Shown here piece by piece: positions 27,345 through 32,000 of a DNA stretch of 32,000 nucleotides. The notes beneath the pieces are model-generated. The model ran no database searches. It was given only the letters and a program-made list of their open reading frames with translations, and was not told the DNA's origin. The position numbers and the translations under genes are program-made. This DNA is from Candidatus Kuenenia stuttgartensis (lineage in GTDB: Bacteria > Planctomycetota > Brocadiia > Brocadiales > Brocadiaceae), in contig NZ_LT934425.1 in NCBI RefSeq assembly GCF_900232105.1, positions 420,001 to 452,000 on the forward strand, written 5' to 3'. Numbering within the stretch: position 1 is the first letter of the stretch; the number at the start of each line of letters is the position of its first letter.

Positions 27345-28358
27345 TTGAATAAAATGAGCCAAAATAAAATGGTAGAATTTTTAGTAGAACACAAAACTTG
27401 GTTACTGATAGGTTCTTTTATCATAGCCTTGCTTCTCCCTGCATTACAACATTTATCAAATATTGTTTCAGAGCATAAAGCTCAAAAAGATCAAGAAAAA
27501 TTGATGCAAGAAAATAAGGCTCTTCAAAAACAAGTAGAGGTCTTATCTACACAAAATGTTGAGTTGTCAAAACAAGTGTCAATTTTAGACAGCAAAGCAG
27601 AAATAATAAAAGGAATAGGCCAGAACCAATTGTTTGCTACATTTTACACAGAGGAATTAAGTCAGAACATAAGTAGCATGTGGCTCAAGATTATGCTTAA
27701 AGAAGAAATGGAATATGCCAAGCTGTTACCTCTTGCTTTTGCCATTGAAATTTCATTTGACAAATATAATTCAAATACAACTCGGTTTTATATAACTGAC
27801 GCAGGTACGATGGCTAATTCAAAGGGTAAAAGCACTCCTGTTTCAAGCTATCGAGTCGTAAGTGGCGCATTAAAAAGAAAGGAAGACAAAATATACTCTG
27901 AAATGTTTGCCCCTTCACAGAAAAGCTTAAATGAAATTGTAGTGCCTATAACAATATTTGAACAGGACAAAATGACAATAAAACAATTTCAAGACTATTC
28001 AATCATTTTTTTTCTTCCTGATGCAATCATAGATATCGCTACTAACCTGGAGTTTATTATCAACGGTTGGGCAATATTAGATCAATCAATAAACAGTGCT
28101 GTTTGGGTCCGGAATCCTGCAAAGTATTCTTGGTATCATGTTGGCAATATTGAAAATTTAAAAAGATCTGCAACAAACGACCCTTCTGTTGCCCCCGCAT
28201 TCTCATTATGGCCATTAAATCTTTTCCAAGGTATTCCAAAAAAATATTCTGGCTTCCCTGGTAGTGTACGACCAATTTTTCATGTAACACATGCCGAAAT
28301 AAAAAGTGAACAAGACATTCAACCTGACCGCGTGGAATCCGGACATGTTGAAAAGTAA
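27345..28358 (+). CDS. Membrane-anchored coiled-coil hypothetical protein
   Basis: 337 aa: TM WLLIGSFIIALLLPALQHL, heptad region KLMQENKALQKQVEVLSTQNVELSKQVSILDSK, then a soluble domain. The start could be 27354 or 27369. Confidence 0.6.
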   Translation: MNKMSQNKMVEFLVEHKTWLLIGSFIIALLLPALQHLSNIVSEHKAQKDQEKLMQENKALQKQVEVLSTQNVELSKQVSILDSKAEIIKGIGQNQLFATFYTEELSQNISSMWLKIMLKEEMEYAKLLPLAFAIEISFDKYNSNTTRFYITDAGTMANSKGKSTPVSSYRVVSGALKRKEDKIYSEMFAPSQKSLNEIVVPITIFEQDKMTIKQFQDYSIIFFLPDAIIDIATNLEFIINGWAILDQSINSAVWVRNPAKYSWYHVGNIENLKRSATNDPSVAPAFSLWPLNLFQGIPKKYSGFPGSVRPIFHVTHAEIKSEQDIQPDRVESGHVEK

Positions 28359-28748
28359 CTTGACAGCTAGAATTTTCCTTATCAGATGCACCGATCTCAC
28401 GGCAGCAGCTTATCTCGCACATTGTTCGAAGGAAAAGAAATAACCCTAGGGGAATAGAGGGACACTTCCCACATTTCATTCTTTTCTAAGGGGGGACTTT
28501 TGGGTCAAGAATGGGGTCACATCTTGATTAGTGATTATATTGTTGATAATCGGTTGATTCAGAGGACGCCATACTTAATTTGGCAGATTTTCATTCTTAT
28601 TTTGTGACCCCTTCAGACACCTGAACCCATGAGTTTATTCGGAGAATAACGCTGTGTGCAGTCGATGGCAGAATCGATAATATAGAATGCTAGATTAAAG
28701 TTACAAACTTGATACCCACAAGCAAACCCGCAGAGGAGATAAAAAACC

Positions 28749-31700
28749 ATGACAAAAGAAGTATCTCAACGATTAGAATCCGGCAGAAAAGAGTTGCTGG
28801 ACCTTAGTATGCGCAATCCATTGCTAAATCAACGTAAACGTGCCAAGCAAGTGGAGGTTTCGGATGAACTTTCCAATGAGATATACCGTATATTGGTAAC
28901 GCAAGGTAAGGAAATGAGCTTTGAAGCATTGCCAGAATCAAAACTTGCACAAATAGTGGAGACAAATGAAAACGAAGAAAACCAAAAAAACCATGACGAG
29001 GATATCAATTCGACAGATTTACTTGCACAACCTGAAGAGTCTCTTGCAGAAGGAATGCTGGCGTCTCGCCATACAGATAGAAAGCTACAAACTATTCTTT
29101 CATCGGAGAAGTTGCAAACAAGAGTACTATCTATTCATAACGATGCCAAAACATACATAGAGGAACAGGGTGTAAATATACTTTATTTGGCATTAGGTTT
29201 CCTCTATTGGTATGAATCAGATAGCGTCAAAGAACCCAGGCGTGCTCCATTAATTCTTGTACCTGTTGAATTGAAACGTATAAGCGCACAGGATCGTTTT
29301 TTTCTTCTTTATACAGGAGAAGAAATAGGAGATAACCTTTCACTCATAGAAAAACTCAAAACAGAATTCAGTGTTAACTTGCCAGAAATCGGAGATACGG
29401 ATGATTTGAACCCGAACTCCTATTTTTCCGAAGTTTGCAAGGTAATTAATGCAAATTCTCGCTGGAAGGTGGAAGCTAATGAGATTACATTGGGATTTTT
29501 CTCTTTTGGAAAATTTCTAATGTATAAAGATTTGGATGCTAACGCCTGGAGCAAAGAAACAGCCCCTTGTGACCATAAAATACTTTCTACATTATTAGAT
29601 GATGGTTTTAGGGAAGCAGACAGTTCATATGACGAAGGAACACATATTGATGAAATTGTTTCACCCTCTGAAGTACACCTGATTAAGGATGCTGATAGTA
29701 CTCAGATGCTGGCTATCTTGGACGTAAATGCCGGTCGCAATATGGTAATTCAGGGTCCACCTGGCACTGGTAAATCTCAAACCATTACTAATATAATTGC
29801 AGAATGCATTGGAAACGGAAAGAAAGTTTTATTTGTATCAGAAAAGATGGCTGCGCTGGAGGTTGTTAAACGTAGGTTAGACGATGTTGGATTGGGAGAC
29901 GCTGTATTAGAGCTGCACAGTCACAAGACCAACAAAAAGAAGGTGTTGGAAGAATTAAACCGCACCTTGCATCAGAAACAACCACTTGTAAAAAATACAA
30001 AAGATGACATTGAGGCTTTAACACAACTGCGTGACAAATTAAACACATATTGCAATGCTGTAAACAAGCCCATAGGAAATACAAAAATAAGTTTTGTAAA
30101 GGCGCTTGGCGGTGCTTTACAAATTACTGAAGGTATGCAAACAACTTCACTATTTAATTTTGCACCAATGGTTGAGTGGCCGGAATCCAACTATAAAAAT
30201 GCGCGGATGCTCGTTGAAGAACTGGACCGATATTTAGAGGAAGCTGGTCCACCGGCACGAAATTGTTTCAAAGATAGTCGGTTGGATGAATCCCTACCTT
30301 CTCAACGCCAATACATAGAAAATATTTTGAAAGAAGCTTATACACTAACAAAAGAGTTAATAGGTAAAACTACTGTACTTGCAGAATCTGTGAAATTAAA
30401 AATTCCGGAAAATATTCAGGAATTGGATATGCTTATCCGTACCTCTAAACGAATTATTGAATCACCGTTTCTTGATGGTATTAAAATAGATTCCGGAAAA
30501 TGGAAGGAACACAAAGACGAAATTGTTCAACTGATTGATGCCGGGTGCCGCCTCAAAGAATTGCATAAATTGTATGATGAATATCTGATCGATGACGCAT
30601 GGGAACAAGACCTCTCTGAAGTCCTTCAAAATTATATTAAAAGAGGTAAAAAATGGTGGAGTTTTCTTTCTGGCAATTTTAGGCGATCTAAAGCTCGTTT
30701 ACAGAGATTAAGTCGTAAGCAATTGCCTAAAAATTCAACCAAAATTATCGAAATAATAGAAGCCGTGCTGGAGAGTCAGAAGTTCTGTAAAATCTACAGC
30801 AACTATGAATCATTAGGCAAAACATTATTTGGAATTCAATGGAAAGGCAAGGAATCCGATTGGGATACGTTAGAAAAACTCTTCAAATGGATCGTGGCTC
30901 TTTATCAAGACATCGACAATAATGTTATACCGACAATAATTATTAACGTTATTTACGAACCAAATCTTGCTATTAGACTTAAGGAACAATTAAGTAATGT
31001 AGAGCCGTTGATACAAAAACATAATGAAGCCTTGTTTGCTGTTTCTGTTAACTTGAAATTGCAAAATGAAGATACCGATAAGAGTTATTGGGATATTTCG
31101 ATGAATTCCATGAAATGCTTTTTTGAAGAATGGCAGAGTCGTTTTGATGATTTATATAATATTGTTCGCTACAATCAGATTTCTAATAATATGAAAGACC
31201 ATGGTTTGTCTTTTATCATTGAGGTTACAAAAGAGTGGGATAAGGGCAGAGGATCGCTCGTCAGGGCATTTGATTACTGTTGGTATAATGGGCTTGTAGA
31301 AAAGGCTTATTCGGAAAATCCTTCGATAAAGTTGTTTGATAGAGTTCAGCATGAACACATCCTCAATAATTTTTCACGTCTTGATCATTTACTTTTTGAA
31401 TACAATAAAGCCAGATTAATGTTGTCTCATTGGGAGACACTGCCAAGTTTGAGTGGAGGCGGGCAACTGCAAATTATTAGCAGAGAGATTCATAAAAAGA
31501 GACGCCATATGCCAATTCGCGAATTGGTTAATCAAGCAGGGCAAGCCATACAGGCAATTAAACCAGTATTTATGATGAGTCCAATGTCTATCGCTATGTA
31601 TATTCCTCCTTCAGTATTGGAGTTTGATCTTGTAATATTTGACGAAGCCAGCCAAGTTAAACCTGTGGATGCTTTTGGCGCAATATTACGGAGTAAGCAG

Positions 31701-32000
31701 GCAGTTATTGTTGGGGATGACAAACAACTTCCTCCTACAAGTTTTTTTAATAGCTTGCAAAACTCTGATGATGAAGAAGACTTTGACAATCTTGGGGATA
31801 TGGAAAGTATTCTAAGTCTATTTTTGGCAAAAGGTGCGCCGGAACGTATGCTAAGGTGGCATTATCGCAGCCGTCATGAGTCACTAATTGCAGTGTCTAA
31901 TAACGAGTTTTACGACAATCGTTTGGTTGTATTTCCCAGTCCAGGCATTAATTCTAATGCAAGAGGACTCAGATTAAGACATTTTCCAAAGACTGCTTAT
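28749..32000 (+). CDS. DUF4011-type N-terminal domain plus SF1 (UPF1-like) helicase, HheA-like defence protein (3' truncated by window edge)
   Basis: Open frame of 1084 codons to the window edge. Start MTKEVSQRLESGRKELLDLSMRNPLLNQRKRAKQ (DUF4011-like), Walker A GPPGTGKSQT at 29754, Walker B VIFDEASQ at 31632, VGDDKQLPPTSFF, LRWHYRSRHESLI. RBS AGGAG upstream. Confidence 0.88.
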   Translation, partial: MTKEVSQRLESGRKELLDLSMRNPLLNQRKRAKQVEVSDELSNEIYRILVTQGKEMSFEALPESKLAQIVETNENEENQKNHDEDINSTDLLAQPEESLAEGMLASRHTDRKLQTILSSEKLQTRVLSIHNDAKTYIEEQGVNILYLALGFLYWYESDSVKEPRRAPLILVPVELKRISAQDRFFLLYTGEEIGDNLSLIEKLKTEFSVNLPEIGDTDDLNPNSYFSEVCKVINANSRWKVEANEITLGFFSFGKFLMYKDLDANAWSKETAPCDHKILSTLLDDGFREADSSYDEGTHIDEIVSPSEVHLIKDADSTQMLAILDVNAGRNMVIQGPPGTGKSQTITNIIAECIGNGKKVLFVSEKMAALEVVKRRLDDVGLGDAVLELHSHKTNKKKVLEELNRTLHQKQPLVKNTKDDIEALTQLRDKLNTYCNAVNKPIGNTKISFVKALGGALQITEGMQTTSLFNFAPMVEWPESNYKNARMLVEELDRYLEEAGPPARNCFKDSRLDESLPSQRQYIENILKEAYTLTKELIGKTTVLAESVKLKIPENIQELDMLIRTSKRIIESPFLDGIKIDSGKWKEHKDEIVQLIDAGCRLKELHKLYDEYLIDDAWEQDLSEVLQNYIKRGKKWWSFLSGNFRRSKARLQRLSRKQLPKNSTKIIEIIEAVLESQKFCKIYSNYESLGKTLFGIQWKGKESDWDTLEKLFKWIVALYQDIDNNVIPTIIINVIYEPNLAIRLKEQLSNVEPLIQKHNEALFAVSVNLKLQNEDTDKSYWDISMNSMKCFFEEWQSRFDDLYNIVRYNQISNNMKDHGLSFIIEVTKEWDKGRGSLVRAFDYCWYNGLVEKAYSENPSIKLFDRVQHEHILNNFSRLDHLLFEYNKARLMLSHWETLPSLSGGGQLQIISREIHKKRRHMPIRELVNQAGQAIQAIKPVFMMSPMSIAMYIPPSVLEFDLVIFDEASQVKPVDAFGAILRSKQAVIVGDDKQLPPTSFFNSLQNSDDEEDFDNLGDMESILSLFLAKGAPERMLRWHYRSRHESLIAVSNNEFYDNRLVVFPSPGINSNARGLRLRHFPKTAY

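Noticed and set aside
29972-31789. Minus-strand ORFs at 29972..30190, 31152..31358 and 31532..31789
   Set aside because: They are antisense to the long open helicase frame and have no recognisable domain.

Overview
The window looks like a bacterial chromosome segment of ordinary housekeeping genes plus a repeat-rich accessory right half. From left to right I read: a YgiQ-type radical SAM protein (truncated at the left edge), a SugE/Gdx-like SMR exporter, a MATE exporter, an NAD-dependent sugar epimerase, a CBS-MgtE membrane protein, RmuC, a parE-parC pair of Bacteroidetes-like type, NAD(P)H-hydrate epimerase, pyruvate kinase, RadC, a DUF2284 protein, a phasin-like protein with a UbiB/ABC1 kinase, and a Xer tyrosine recombinase. 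These are followed by a dense palindrome cluster containing a RAYT transposase remnant, and a large Ig/PPC-type surface protein gene split by a complete IS1634-like element. I place the IS at 23029..25032 with a CTAG duplication; removing it restores a 901-aa frame. Next come a small secreted protein, a membrane-anchored coiled-coil protein, and a large DUF4011-SF1 helicase that runs off the right edge. That helicase is absent from the ORF track and resembles HheA-type phage-defence proteins. The strongest second-look items are this helicase, the IS-split gene and its palindromic target, several families of short palindromic intergenic repeats (two copies share a ~45-nt core but have different terminal inverted repeats), and a terminator-like hairpin in front of the sugE-like gene. 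I found no CRISPR array, tRNA or rRNA that I can support.
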